A stretch of DNA of 64,000 nt from Geosiphon pyriformis uo1 (taxonomy: Eukaryota; Fungi; Glomeromycota): positions 310,001 to 374,000 of the forward strand of contig JAAOMT010000776.1 in the NCBI GenBank assembly GCA_016748015.1, in the 5' to 3' direction. Shown in pieces: positions 22,119 to 35,944 of this stretch; positions within the stretch are counted from its first letter, which is position 1, and each line of letters starts with the position of its first letter. The notes beneath the pieces were generated by a model that was given only the letters and a program-made list of their open reading frames with translations, was not told the origin of the DNA and did no database searches. A program made the position numbers and the translations under genes.

Positions 22119-25100
22119 TCAAATGGAAACGCCCATGGCTTGAGCATACATTTGTAAAGCTTTCAAAATATGATCAGTATCGGTGGAAAATGCGTCTCCA
22201 AGCATCTTGGCATACCGCCCAACTTTATTTAGATAAAGTGTTGATATTGCATTCTATTAAATGTTATGTAAGTTAGAGAACAAAGGTTTTACGTTGATTT
22301 AATGTCTTCTTCATAATAATTTACAGTTACCTCAATTCGCGTAATTAAACTTTCAGTGATTCTCAGCAATTCCTCGTCATCAGCATTATCCTTAACATGA
22401 AAGGTCAATAGGCCGGTTAAATAATCGGTCCTGGAGTTTCGTGAGCTACGAGTTTTTACATTTCCAGATGCAACACGTTCCAATCGTAGACACAAATAAC
22501 CAAGTGTACGCACTGATGACGGATCGAGGATTTGAGTTGATGGTTCATATATTTTCTGTGATTATAATAAGCGTGAGTAATAGAAATTTTTTCAAAAATG
22601 ATTTTTTTATAGTGATAAGATTTACTTCTGGTATGACCGAATTACGTTGTTTCATTTTCGCTTGATCTTCTTCCAATCGACCTTTCAAAGCCTCTGGATA
22701 AACCTTGAAAAGAAAAGACGAATGAAATTTGAGACCATAAAATCCTCGGTCAATTTTTAATTTAATTAACACTCACCAGCGACAATTCTTCTGGGTTCTC
22801 CAAGCCTTTTAACTTGGTCTCACCAATCTTTTTTACTACAAATCCCATTTTTCGCAAAGACAAAACAGTTTTATCACCTCCAATTGTCCCACTATTAGGA
22901 TGTCCGCCATTAGGTGTAATTGCACGTCCATTGTTGATTTCAATGGCTACTGCTGCTGCTGCTGCTGCTGCTGCTAGAGCTGCATCACCATCTGGCTCTT
23001 GGCTGTTCTTTCTGCCAGCCAAAAGCGTAGAATCATGTTCCATTATGATATCTAACAACCCAATTTCACTTTCCACATCGGCGCTCACACATATTTGGCC
23101 CCCATCAGCCGCATTGCAGATTCTTGCAGCCCGATTGACCATTGGTCCAAAATAGTCCATTCTCCTAGTGATCGGATCAATCTCACATACGGGCGAACCC
23201 CAATGTATCCCCATACGAACACTGAGACCACGATATATTAGTTCGGATTCATGACCACCATACACCTCTTTGCCATCATTTGAAACTAAAACTTCAGTGG
23301 GCCAATCAGCTTGCAACAATTGTAATTGGACGGTAAAACACCATAGCAACGCTGCTGCTACAGTTGGGAAAGAAACCATGAAAGCATCACCTTCAGTCTT
23401 TACTTCATAACCACCGATATTACGTAATTGCCGCCTCATAATCGAGTTATGTTGTTTGATCGCATGCCTCATTGCGGTCGGTATAGTTTCCCATAGAAAT
23501 GTGGAATTTTTTATATCAGTGAAAACGAGTGCAATTTGTCCTGTAGGGGGTGGAATCTCCTTTTGTAATCGAGCAATGGTAGAATCACTTGGCATCTCTT
23601 CTTTGCCTCTTCCACGTCTTCCTCGACCATAATACACGGTTGCCCCAACATCAATTCCCATTCCGTCAATCTTTTTACCCTCCCATCTTCGCGTCCGTCG
23701 ATCAAATATATCTTCAACTCCAATAATCATCACCATGATATTGTCTTCAGCACCGTGCGCTATGGCGAAATCTCGAAGTTTTTGAGCTGCACGCATTAAG
23801 TCTTCACGTTCGGTTTTCGCAATATCGACCGCTGTTTGATATGATAATCGATCCCATAAACCACGTGTCGCTATTATCACGAATTCAACTTGTTCCTCGA
23901 GATGTACAACTCTAACTGTAGGGTTCGCGTTCACAAAAGGCATTAAATGAAAATGACCGAATGATCGCGTGACCTTCAATTCTCCATTCACAAGACCATC
24001 AGGTGAAATGAAACCACCGGATTTTCGAATTCTTGATATTTCCGCAGATTCCATTGGGGAATGTTTTTTAGCAATCGGTGATGCATCACCACCATTACGC
24101 GATATGACAGCCACAATATCACCAACATTTGCTACATACAATGTAGTCCCTTTAATGTAAACTACTAATCCAGAGGCTCCCGATTTGTTATCATCAATAC
24201 CAAGTGAAAAACCAGCATCACTTTCACGAGTAAATTCCACTTCTAAATTAGAGTTGAATACTTTGGCTCCAAGCTCTTTATTCAAGCTTAGAAACGAACG
24301 ACGCAATGCGTCTTCAATCGTGCCATCTTCTTTTAGTTTATCGAGCTCGGAGGTGAAATGAAATGGGAACCAGTCATGCAAATATTTCGTCACTCGACCT
24401 CCTTGATATGATCCCACTCTACTATCAAAAATACCAAACAGGCATTCATCATCTCGATTTCGGAATTTCGGTATTACTGCCTCCCAGGTTGAAAGATGTT
24501 CCAATTGGCCTAAGGTGTCAGCCATGCCGTATGCCATTGAGTTGACTTCTGATCCAGAAGTACGAACACGTCGGTCATCAGCTTCATCGGGAACTGTGAG
24601 GTTTAACAAAGTCACGTCCATCAAACCCAATACGCGTAATTTTGACAATGAGTCAAAAGCAGCAAGATTTCGTTCACGAATAGTTTTCGCCTCATGCAAG
24701 TGTATCGGTTTGATTTCGAAGCGTTTATTACCAGATAAATTTAGATATTTCAACTCAATGTTCCAATTCCTAGAAATAGTCAAAACATAAAGAAGAATGA
24801 TTTTCAATTCCATTTAATGTAAATTTAAGCTGTTGTGGAAACACTCACCAATTCCAATCGAATTGCCAATTAGCAATATTATATTTTAAAGCATTGCTTC
24901 CCACGTCCAACACCAACAACTTTCTTATCTTGCTCAATTCGGCAGGTAACGTTTGCAACTTATTTCCATTCACATGTAGAACCCGTAAGCTCGTTAACGC
25001 GTCGATTTCATCAGGTAAAGCACCAAATTCATTACCACTCAAGTATAATTCCATCAAATGTGAACTAATGACACTACCGCGTGGAACTTCATCCAAATCA

Positions 25101-28100
25101 TTGAAGGAAAGATTTAGTATGCGAAGTTCTGTGAATACCGAGATAACGGCAAAAATATCATTTCGTAACTGATTATCGCCGAGGTATAGGGCGCGTAATG
25201 ATTGTGCAAGTGGTGGAACAAGGGATGCTTGTGAACGTGTAGATAGCGTTGGTGATGTGTCCCCAGGACCATTACTTAAAAAGGCAGGTGGTATTGGTCC
25301 AGTGGAGGGTGACGTTGATGGGGGGGCTGGTGATGATGGTGATATTGATGGTGTGGCCGAAGAAGAATAAGGAGGGGGAAAATGCTCTAATAAATTACTG
25401 CTTGCATTAATTGTGACTAAATTTTGACAAAGCCAGAGTTCTTTTGGTAATGTTGAGATATTATTATTGTGCACATCCAATGACCTTAGTGAGGTCAATC
25501 TTCCGATTTCCTGTGGTAACTCCGTTAAGAGATTATTCGTACAATTGAAATGGGTGAGTTGTTGTAATGCACTAATTGTATTAGGAATTGAAACTAGTTG
25601 ATTGTAACATAAATCTAGTCGTTCTAACGACAACAAATGTTCAAATAATGGATCAGGAAGAGTGGTAAGCTTTGAAAGAGTTAAAGAAAGATGAGTTAAA
25701 GTCCGACTTGTTCCCGACAACGAGAATTGTGTAAGATGATTTTGAGAAAGTTGAATTTCTTTAAAAGAATTTGTCGTGATGTTAACTATACTGACATTGT
25801 TGGATTCTAGAAATAAATATTCTAAATTTTGACATTCAGTCAATATTTCAATGTTTTGTATTTCATTATGAGAAAGATTAAGGTGACGAAGTTTTCCGAG
25901 CTTTCCAAATGATGACGGAAGGGCACCAGTGATTTTATTCCCAATTGCGATAAACCTCTCAAGAAAGATCAAATTTTCAATCTCTTGCGGTAAAGTAACA
26001 ATGTGATTAAATGATATATCGAGTTCTTCTAGTTTGATAAGCTCACATATTATTAGAGGGAAAGTGGTAAAATCATTGTTGGAGATATTTAATGAGGAAA
26101 GAGAACTCATTCGGGCAAAATGTTGTGGTAATTTTTGGAGTTGATTGTTGCCCAACTGAAGATTTTCCAATCCAGTAATTGAGTCTAGCCGTGCATGTTC
26201 AAGCTCTCGTAGCCGATTAGATGAGAGATTAAGTTTTGATAGCAACTGGGCAACGCGAACGGATTGTGGGACGCGATCAAGATCATTTTGTGAAAGGTAT
26301 AATTCGCGTAGTTGTTCACAGGATTGAATGAAATCTGTTGGAAGATCGAGCATAAGATTCTGCGATATGTCTAAAGATCGAATGGCAAATGCGTAACGAT
26401 ATAGGAAAATTGGAATTGTTTGAAGGTTTCTCGCTTTTAGATCAACCTGTTTGAAAGAAATTAAAGTTTCTTCTTTCTGCGTGATATGAAAAATTGGCGA
26501 GTTTATCCAATTTAGAAATGATTTATATTTTTACCGAAATTTCAAATAAATGTTAATGACCCCAAAGACAGTGAAAATAGTCAATTCTTACTTCGAATCT
26601 TGTGGGCACGGTTGCTTCTCTGAACGTAAATCGCATCAAGTAACTGTTATCCTCCCTTCCGAGATCTTCCAGTTTGTCATTTTTTGCATAGCCAGCTTGC
26701 TCAAGCCATTTTTTCTGCAATAAAAGAGGCCGTTCTTGAGGTGCTAAAACGCGTTCTATGATTTTGAATAGAAAGAAGTGAGAATCTGGATGGAAAAACA
26801 ATTTATAATATGCATAGACTAGCTTTTACGGTTACCAACTTACCCAAATTGTGTCTCTTGACATATAAACTGTACTTTGATATATCTTGAATAAAGAACT
26901 TTTTACTCAACATGTGACACAATTCAGATGTTGTAGTATTGAGGTCGCAATTTACGGTACCAAATGTAGCATCCGGGCGAAAAATTCGGATACAGAACTG
27001 TGTTTATTTTTGATGAAGAATAATATAAAGAAGATAAGCACATCATTTTAAGCACTGTGGGCATAATCAGAGCGGGAAAGAGAATAATTTTATCATTTAA
27101 GATTGAATCAAATGAAATTTTGACTCGAGATTTTTCATGTAAAATGGTTGAATAAGTGGAAATTTGAAATTGGGATCTTTGAACCAATAAAACTTTTGAA
27201 ATAAGTGGATCAAAAAAATCCTGATTACCAATCGTTTACTATGTTCCAATTTTTCTGCGTCCTCGAAGAAATCTTCCCCTTCCTCATCAAAATGCTGATC
27301 ATCTGATCCTGGCTTCAAAACAGCCCACGATTCTGGAGGAGCCCATCCCTCATTTCCGCCTACGTGTGAAAATTCTCGACAGTCAGCGTTAAATAATGTG
27401 GTGTCTTTCGAATAGTCGTCGTGGGAACCGTTTAATATTGACGCGGCATCATGATGTTCATAATTTACAATGCCATTCATGTCTTTCAAGTCCAAATCCA
27501 CTTTTAACACAAGAGATATATTGAAAAAAAGGAGTTTTTGACAGATTTAATTGAAGACATATTTGGATGAGAAAATCAAATAAGATTTTGCGAGGAACGA
27601 TAACACTACAGGCAAGGCCATCTAAAGCATTACCCTGGATTAAGGTTCAATATCATGAAATGAAGAGTGTTTAGGGATTATGAATGATTCACAGTGTAAA
27701 TATACAAGATGACATTGAGTATGGGCGAGAAAAATAATTTTTGACAAGATGAAATAGAATAATATTTACAAACCTTTTTTCCTTTGAAAGAATCTTTTCT
27801 TTTCATACTCACTTTTACCCAATGATGATGATGATCATTTTTGGAGGTTGACCGATTACTGGAAGTATTTCCAGAATATGAACCAAAAGGATCATCTCGT
27901 TCGTAGGTAGGTGTGTGAATTGAGGTGCCATGTCGCGTTGAATCTGAATCTGAATTTTTTCGAGAGGAAGCTAAAAAAATTTCAATTTAAATAATAGAAG
28001 ACTTTAAAAAAATATCAAAGAATCAAATAAATTTTTCATTCTTTACACCCCTCTTACCACTGTAAAGACATACGTATAATAGCATATATCGATAACACGC

Positions 28101-29374
28101 ATACAAACATGCGCATGTATGCTAACATAAATGTATGCGCGTGATTATTTCGCTAAAAACCCATCCCACTTGAAAAATTGGATCGACTACCTACCTTCAG
28201 ATATTTTTTCATTATCCTTCGACTTCTTTCGGCCAAATCTAGAGAAAATTGTCTTCTTTTCTTTGACAGGGGGTATATTACTGACCAAAGTGGAAGAGCT
28301 CAAATTATCTATCGTTAATTGAAAATGATCACTATCCGAGCTTTTCGTTCTCCTATGAATTCCACCTTTATGATGCAATGGTCGAGAATCGACGCTACTT
28401 GATATTGTATTGACTATTCCCTTACGAGGATCCACGAGGGTGTCAGTTGATTCGTAGGCAAAAGGGGCTATTTCCAATGGTGGTCTAGAATATTCGTAGC
28501 CTGTTGTCATACTATTGTTGTTGTCGCTGTTACTGCTGCTATCATTTGGATGAAAAGAATCAAAAGACTTTCTTCGAGGTTCATCGATTTCTGGTAAAGC
28601 TAACCCAGATTTCACATTTCCAGCCGACAATTTTCTTGCGTGTCCACGTGAATGTCCACGCGCTTTTTCTACGTTCCCAATTCCACCCGGACTCACACTC
28701 CTTCCACCACTATTATTATTATTATTATTATTATTACTATTATTATTCGATGACCTTGTATTCGAGTTATTTTCTGATTGGCCTCCATTATCAAAATTTG
28801 GAGAAGCAGGTCGTGAAGTACTTGTCCCAAAAAATATTGATAAAAATGATAAGTCTTTTTCATCACGAGATTTTTTTCGTTTCGTATGGCTAGAGCCTCC
28901 TGTTGGGGAGGGAATTGGTGTGTACAAGGGTGAAGGTGAACGTTGTGGTGGTTCCAATTCTGAAGATCGCAGAGACCCACCAAGTCTCGGTGGAACTTTG
29001 TTGGGTTTCAGTTTTGTTTGTGAGGAAGCAAACTGAAAGTTGTCTAGACCGTCCATTTTAAGATAAATTGCAGACCTTTGGTTGTTGTGTAGAGTTGTGA
29101 CAGACTCTTTTCGTGGCATTGGAGCGTGAACTGACAAAGGGAGTGGTTCCCAGCCAGAATTTGTTGTAGAAGAGGTACTTGAAGCCAAGGAAGATTTGCG
29201 ATCTTGTATGGGAAAGGGAGGAGAAAGAGGCACAGGGTTGCTTAAGGAACGTACAGGAGCTGGAGGAATATTTAGGGGTTGAAAGTTTGGACTAGCGCGT
29301 CCTTGATGCGAGTTCCATATATCACCCAACAGTTGTTCGTTGATGAGTTCTTTTTGACGCTTCGTTTTTGACAT
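22119..29374 (-). CDS. CYR1: Fungal adenylate cyclase (G-alpha-binding, Ras-association, LRR, PP2C-like, class III catalytic domains), ~2003 aa
   Basis: Exons (minus): 29374-28195, 27970-27813, 27634-27610, 27500-27229, 26997-26844, 26755-26592, 26476-24849, 24769-22777, 22703-22626, 22555-22331, 22253-22119. All GT-AG, 6012 nt, in frame. Motifs WAPPESW, CIRIFR, long LRR array, YNIANWQFDWNWNWN, VFTDIKNST, EVKTEGDAFMV, DYFGPMVNRAAR. Confidence 0.96.
28710..28747. repeat. (TAT/AAT)n microsatellite encoding poly-Asn in CYR1 exon 1
   Basis: Run of tattattat...; reads NNNSNNNNNNNNS on the minus strand. Confidence 0.85.
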
Positions 29375-29894
29375 TAATATTATTTATTAAATGATTAGTA
29401 TGATAATTAGGGTAAAAATCGTAAGAGAAAAAAAAGTGAAGGGAAACACAGTGACTAAACTTTTTTGTTATTGAGTTGTTTTAGGTCAAGTCACAATAGT
29501 TAGAGTGCGATGAAATGCAAAAATATGAAAAGCAGTAAAAAAGTAGGATTTGAGAAAATACCGAATTTAGGGTGAATTGAATGAAAAAGAAGCATTTGTG
29601 TACCTTGTTTGTCACCCGTCAAAAATGCATACTGTAGCTATTCTAAATATCTGTATTTAAATAATTATACAATTATATTTTATCAGTTATACCAAATTCT
29701 TTTAACATCCATCAAAAGTTATCATTATCTATTATCAAATCATAATTATAATATGATAGTGATTTGATAAGTATATTAGGCAAACATAAGATCGAGAACT
29801 GATCCGAAGGAAAAAATTGAGAGTATTGTAATAATTTTTAATGATATTGTTAGAAGATTCGGGATGAAATGGATGAATCATAAATTGTTGGTAT

Positions 29895-29951
29895 TGGTGG
29901 GGGTGGATGGGAGGGGGGATGGATGTGGATATGGATATGGATGTGGATGTA
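29895..29951. repeat. G-rich/(GGATRT)n microsatellite ~530 bp upstream of the CYR1 ATG
   Basis: ggtgggggtggatgggaggggggatggatgtggatatggatatggatgtggatgt. Confidence 0.7.
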
Positions 29952-32102
29952 GCTTATAACTTATAAAATTTGAAATCGCGAAAATAAATGAGGATGATGT
30001 AAAGAAGGTGAAAATCAAGGAAAAACCGCCGTTGATTGAATGTTCTATCAATCTCAAATGTTAAATTCTCCAGCAAGACCTCAAAAAATATTTTTTAAAT
30101 TTAAATTCAAAATAAAGATTTTCACGGAAAATTAAACAATAAATTTGGTTCCTGTAATCTCCTGCGTTTACTTCATAATCATTTCCTCGAGTTCCCGCCT
30201 CAAATTCTGAGATTTCTTTAAATATCCTCACTAATGATCTAAAACCAATCGAAAGTAGATTATAATAACTCCTTTTGATACTATTTCTGAAGCAATATAG
30301 CTATTAAGGGAAAAAAATTTTGAATCATTATATCTGATCAGACAAAATTGTTAAGTCTAATCACAAACCCCGATTTTTTGTACAATAATTCAAAATTGGA
30401 CGAAATTACGATGAATTTTTTGATACTATACAAATGTATCATGCAGGTTATTTCTCAAATGCATATCAGAAATTCTTAATAATTAACCCCAGACGAGAAG
30501 CTGAAAAAGATCTTCTATATTTTGATTGGATAATCATTTAGCATGATGCATTGTCGAAGAGGAAAAGAGCTAAATAATATGGTGTAAATAGAGTTTAAAG
30601 AAAAGACTTTTTACACAATAGGTTTATCCAAAAACAGAGGATTATATTGTTTGTAAAATAATCGGTTTTTTGCCACTGCTGCTGCTGCTCTTGAAAAAAT
30701 TAAGGAGGGTGAGAAAAAATTCAATCCCAGGCTTTACTAACAGGCTATGTTCAATCATAAATTTGGATAATTTCGGCGTAGATTCACAAGAAAAAGATTT
30801 TACAATTGGTGTTTGAGCTAAATTCTCAAGGAAGATTATTTGGATTTACAGTGTATGTTTTTTACAAAGTGGATCATCAAAATAAATTTAATGCAAAACA
30901 AGAACAAAACCAGAAATTGTCATCTGGTCTATATGCTAGGCAATTTAGGATGGGGTTTTTCACGAGGAGGTGCAGGATGTGATGAGTATCTAGTTCATTT
31001 ACCAATAAGTGGTGATCAGTTCATGAGAAAATTGAGTACTTTTTTATTAACTTTGACGCTTTCAAAATATATAATTTTTCGGAAAATTATCACTCTTTTG
31101 ATCCCCCTTGAACATGAACACAAAATGGTTATATGAAAGATAATGTTCTCATGCAGGGTGTCAGGAAATATTTTCTTCAGAGAAAAATAAGTTATAGAAT
31201 CTTTTATGTTCACTTGAATATTAATTGCACCCATTTTTCTTTCTTTGCATTAAATCTTGTTTCATCTTAAACCCATCATCGAATATTGATATCTTTGATT
31301 TTTTTCTCTTCACGCTTCTTTTTTCAATAATTATTCTCTTTTGTCCTGCAATATCACTTCTAGGGGTATTATCATCATTTCTGGCCACATATCTTTGTTT
31401 CTGGTAGTTGCAGAGGCCTTGAATAAAAACAGTTTGTTTTCTTCATGAGCTGTACCAATTTGTTTACTGAATCAATTCTTTTTTTAAATATTAACCTTTG
31501 TTGAATGAACCTTCTTAAGCGGTGTAGTTATACCAGCTATTTTAATAAGGATAAAGTCTATAAGGGTTGAGCCAAAGATATTATTGTGAAAAAGACTTCT
31601 AAACTGATTTATTTTATTCAGTTCTATTCTTCTTTAAAAGTGGTAAAAAAGTTGAGAAAAATAAATTATGAAACGATTTGGTTATAACATAGTAGTGAGT
31701 CAAATTTTCAGGCAACGAGGGTAAAAATGATGAACTCGATTTTCTTGGGTAATCTTTGGGTTTTGAAAGGAAAGAATTCCGAAGGGGTTAAACTTGTATT
31801 TAATTTAGCAAAACTAAAAACCCCCCTCCCCCTACCTCCTTATCGATGATAAGCAACCAGGAAAATACAAGATTTGCAGAAGTTTAATGAATTCTATGTC
31901 CTGTCATTTTGATTTGTGCTTTACTGTTTCCAAAATTTTTTCAAAAAGTTGAAAGTCTCACAAGTCCCCAAAACCACTTATCAAGTTCGGCCATCAAAAT
32001 GGGGTTGTTAAAACTCTAAGAAAAAATAAATAATTCTTACCCTGCAAGATTTTATAAAGTTCCACTGAAAAACGATCAAAGATGAATCCCCAATCAGCGT
32101 TA

Positions 32103-32962
32103 CTAGACACCTTTCATTAGCCTTTCAGAAATTTTTTCCTTTGCTGTTTGATATGCCTGAATAAAGGTTTGCTCTGTGATGGGAATATCTGTGGTATCGG
32201 TTCTTGGACGTGATACACGTGACACAATTACGCTTGAATCTGTCTCTAAAGCGATTCTTAGGTAAGAAATTAAATTTTTTTAGTTTATAATCAAAAATAA
32301 CGATAATTGACTCTCATTAAAATAAATTATCCTATATACCCATCGTCAATTGTCTCATCTAGTGCCAAAACAACCAGATCAAGATTATCCATGATGGATC
32401 GCTTCTCGACTTGTTGTCTAGATTTTAACATTACTCGATTTTTAGGATATTAATTCCTTTCAATCAGCTTACACTCTTCCTTCTCTCATCATCCTCTGCT
32501 CTCACCTCAACAAACTCGACACTGCATCATAGAACGCGTTCAAAATATTGCTCAAAAGCAATTCATTTTCTTCAGCAGATCCAACCAGATAAAAGAATAC
32601 ATCAATATTGCTACGATACAGAACTACGTTATTATCATATAGGATGATCTCGCCTATTGAAATAAAATCAAAATTAAATTTACTTTTGTATTAAATATCT
32701 CTATCCAAAATATTAATAAATTGCACCGTTAGTTCTTCTGGTTTTATCAAACAAGCCTTTTTCAAATGACTTTTGTTCTTTGGCAGTAGGATAGGGATTC
32801 TTGGTGCCATAATATTTAGCCAATATCCGGTTACCCTCACCATCGAGTAAAATTACTGCTGTGGTGGTGTAAAGCGTAAGGTTCACCTGAGATTTTTATG
32901 AGAGGTCCGTTGTTAGTGGTGGCAAGAAAAAAAATGTATGAAATCAAACAGATACTTACCAT
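32103..32962 (-). CDS. RET3: Coatomer subunit zeta (zeta-COP), 180 aa; absent from the ORF track
   Basis: Exons (minus): 32962-32960 (ATG only), 32886-32727, 32653-32506, 32417-32340, 32256-32103; 543 nt. MVNLTLYTTTAVILLDGEGNRILAKYY...EQKSFEKGLFDKT...EENELLL...VEKRSIMDNLDLVVLALDETIDDGIALETD. Confidence 0.95.
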
Positions 32963-33623
32963 TGCGAAACTAGAGAATCAGATATTAAAAACGGCCATTG
33001 GGAAACTGATCTTTTTAATATGCATAATTTAAGAAACTTTAACAAATCCCATAATTTAGGTAACCTTACATCATGATGATCAATGAATCAATAACTTAAC
33101 TCGAACAATATAAGTTCAAGTCTTTAAAGTAATGACATGACATGAAAAAAATCCAGTAATCAAAATCCCTTTTTATTTTTCACACCTCACAGCCATTTGA
33201 AAGATCCGTTGAAACTTTAAAAAGTGAAAGCAATTTTTAGAAATGAAATGATTTATATATATATAAACACCTCTTTAGATTTATTGGGATGAAGCTCTCT
33301 AAATAACAATTACTCCCTTATTATCTTTAATATTGCTTGAAGTGTGTTTCATTTTATATTGTGAAAAGTTTCATCTGCAATTTTACTCGAGAAATTTCAA
33401 CTGTCAAAAATAATAAAGAAATAAAACGAGTAAAAATAAACATTTGATTATAATTTTCTAATCCTATTATTAACTTATTTTAATGGTAAAACACACTTAG
33501 GTTTAATGTGAATTCCTCCAAGCTAATGATTAACATGTAGATGCAACCCAGAAAGCGAGTGCATTGAAAAATATATACAAAAAAAAAAATCTTATTAACA
33601 AACAAAAATCACCTCACATCTAT

Positions 33624-35944
33624 TTACACATGCCCCATTACCACAGAGAATTTCAATGTGGATGAGGTATAAGGCGGTACGGCTGATGCCATATTAGAAT
33701 CGAAATCTCGCACGTCCAGTAAGTAATCATCCGAGCATAGACTAGAACTTCGCCATCCCTTTTTTTTTTTTTTAAAAAAAAAAGATTTCATTGTTAATCA
33801 ATGAAACATTCTTTATATTTATTTCTTCATTTTCAGACATATATTTACCCAACTTTGCATCAATGCGAAATTGTCGGGACTACTTTGGAATTGAGTCAAT
33901 ACATGACTAGGACCCCGGGCCGGACAAAATATTTTGAACCATGTTCGAACAGTCTTCCTTTTATCAGCATAACGAGAGAAGCTCTTTTCATTGTTGTTGC
34001 TGTTGTTGTTGCGTATTAACAATGAATTACGAGTAGAGGTGGTATATTGGTCATTCGTGTCAACCATTGAAACCGAAGAAGTCGTTGGACTGGAAGGTTT
34101 GTTATTAGGAGATCCGTTAAGTGATGATGTTGGATCAGGCATAGAATGACGATGTAAATAAACACCTAGTTGAATACCCTTTCGTGGAGTCTTGATTTTT
34201 TGTATATACATGTTCCAATTTGAACTTTTAAAGGAAAATTAATTTAGCAAAAATTTTCAAGGACATCCAAAAGTCAACCCATCTTTTTACAATTTAAATA
34301 AATTTACCCAGCGTAAAACTTTGTTTTCGAATAGACCCTCTGCTTTTCTTTTAACTTGGCCACGTCAGAAAATTCTACGCTGAATCTAAAGGGTGCGAAT
34401 AAGGAATACTCTACGCTTCCTCTTCCTTCGCCATCTTTCATGGCTTTCGTTCCACCACCAATCATATCATCGAGACCCGTCAATGCTTCACCAATATGAG
34501 TGGTATCGTCCGATGGAATCTCAAAATGTATTCCTGTTAATCCCAAGGGTTTTTCAGATGATGAAATACCTAGTGCGACATCTGTTTCTCCTGTATTTTC
34601 GATCTTATTTCTTAGATCAATCTGTTGCCATAACGCTTCTTTTATCACATGATCAGGTGCAAAGGAAGCATTGTTTATTATATCACGATCATTAAGGATT
34701 GAATTCAATTCTTCAAATGTCATGTGGGCATAATAAATCGCATAGGAGAATATGGCAGTGTAGATATTCTCGTCATTATCTACGGGAATACATGATGAAG
34801 ATGTTGAACATAGGGAGCTAATCGAAGCTGGCCTTCGAGTATGATAGGTAAAAGCAGATTCAGTCAAGCGTTTGATTCTGGGGGAAGTTGGAGCAGAAGG
34901 AATTGTTGAAGAACTTAACACACTAGTGCTACTATTATTTTCCGTAGAGTACAAAAATTGTTCCTCTAGTAAATCTGACCCGATACTTCTTCGTTTTTGA
35001 TCGGAAACCAACTTTCTTCGCTTACTAATCACATCGCGAGCAAATAAATAACGTTCATATTCACTAGGTACCCAAAAAGCATCACTCTCGATTACTCGTT
35101 TCAACCATTCGGCCGGTAACATTAAAAAAGCCGATTTTAATTGTAAATTGTCAAAGCCTTCGCGACACAGATAAGTGAAACAAGATTCGGTAATTTTTTC
35201 GGAATGAGCACCATAGAAATGCGCCGTGGCAAATGTGAGGTAATCCACTACGGTATCATCCTTGATATCTCTGAGTATTACTTCGACACACATTTCACAC
35301 AAATCTTGTAAATCAAGAAATGATGCGGTGGCCAAAAGGCTTAACACTTGAGATGGGAGAATAACTTCATCCACCCGACCATAAAGACGTCCAAGAGCGA
35401 TTTCGAATGCATCGCGCGTAATATTTTCGTCGTCAAATCTTAATTCAATTACGTTTGCACCGTTCTCTTTCCAAGGACCCTCCATTAGCACGGAGAAATA
35501 GGTATTTTGAAAAAGGATGATTCGATGCAAATGATAATCTTTACCAAATGCTCTTATTGTTACATCACTTCCACTACCCTCGATCAAACCTCTAGAATAG
35601 ATATGTTTGCAAAGACTCATCATTTGACGAAGAACTCTTTGTGGGTCTTGAGCTGGTGGGGGATAGCCAGACGAAGATACAACAGTAACATAATCTCTAC
35701 TATTACCACTTTCCTTTTGGGTTAGAGTAAGGAGAGGGGACATTGTGAAAAAAGTTGTATTATTAGTATTAATATTATTGTTGTTGTTTCTTTGCCTAGA
35801 CACTGAATTTGAGGGAGTAATTGTGGAGTTTGAAGTGGTACTATCGAGATTGTAGCTATTGGAGTTTAGCAAGCTGAACTCTAAAAATTGTGCAAATTCG
35901 TTCTCTGTTATTGTGGGAACTATATCAGAAGGTGGTAGCGTCAT
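33624..35944 (-). CDS. BTB/POZ domain protein (germ cell-less/Btb2-like putative Cul3 adaptor), 715 aa
   Basis: Exons (minus): 35944-34308, 34224-33849, 33758-33624; 2148 nt. BTB SDVTIRAFGKDYHLHRIIL, BACK-like region FWVPSEYERYLF, C-terminal PFRFSVEF...YAGSNWN...QSWGWRSS...LKFSVVMG. Confidence 0.9.

Noticed and set aside
28504-28893. Plus-strand poly-Tyr ORF and other antisense ORFs over CYR1 and the BTB gene (22814, 24515, 24894, 34393)
   Set aside because: Shadows of the minus-strand CDS and its microsatellites.
30840-31540. Short ORFs between CYR1 and zeta-COP
   Set aside because: No recognisable motifs or consistent splice model; likely promoter/UTR, although a small gene cannot be excluded.
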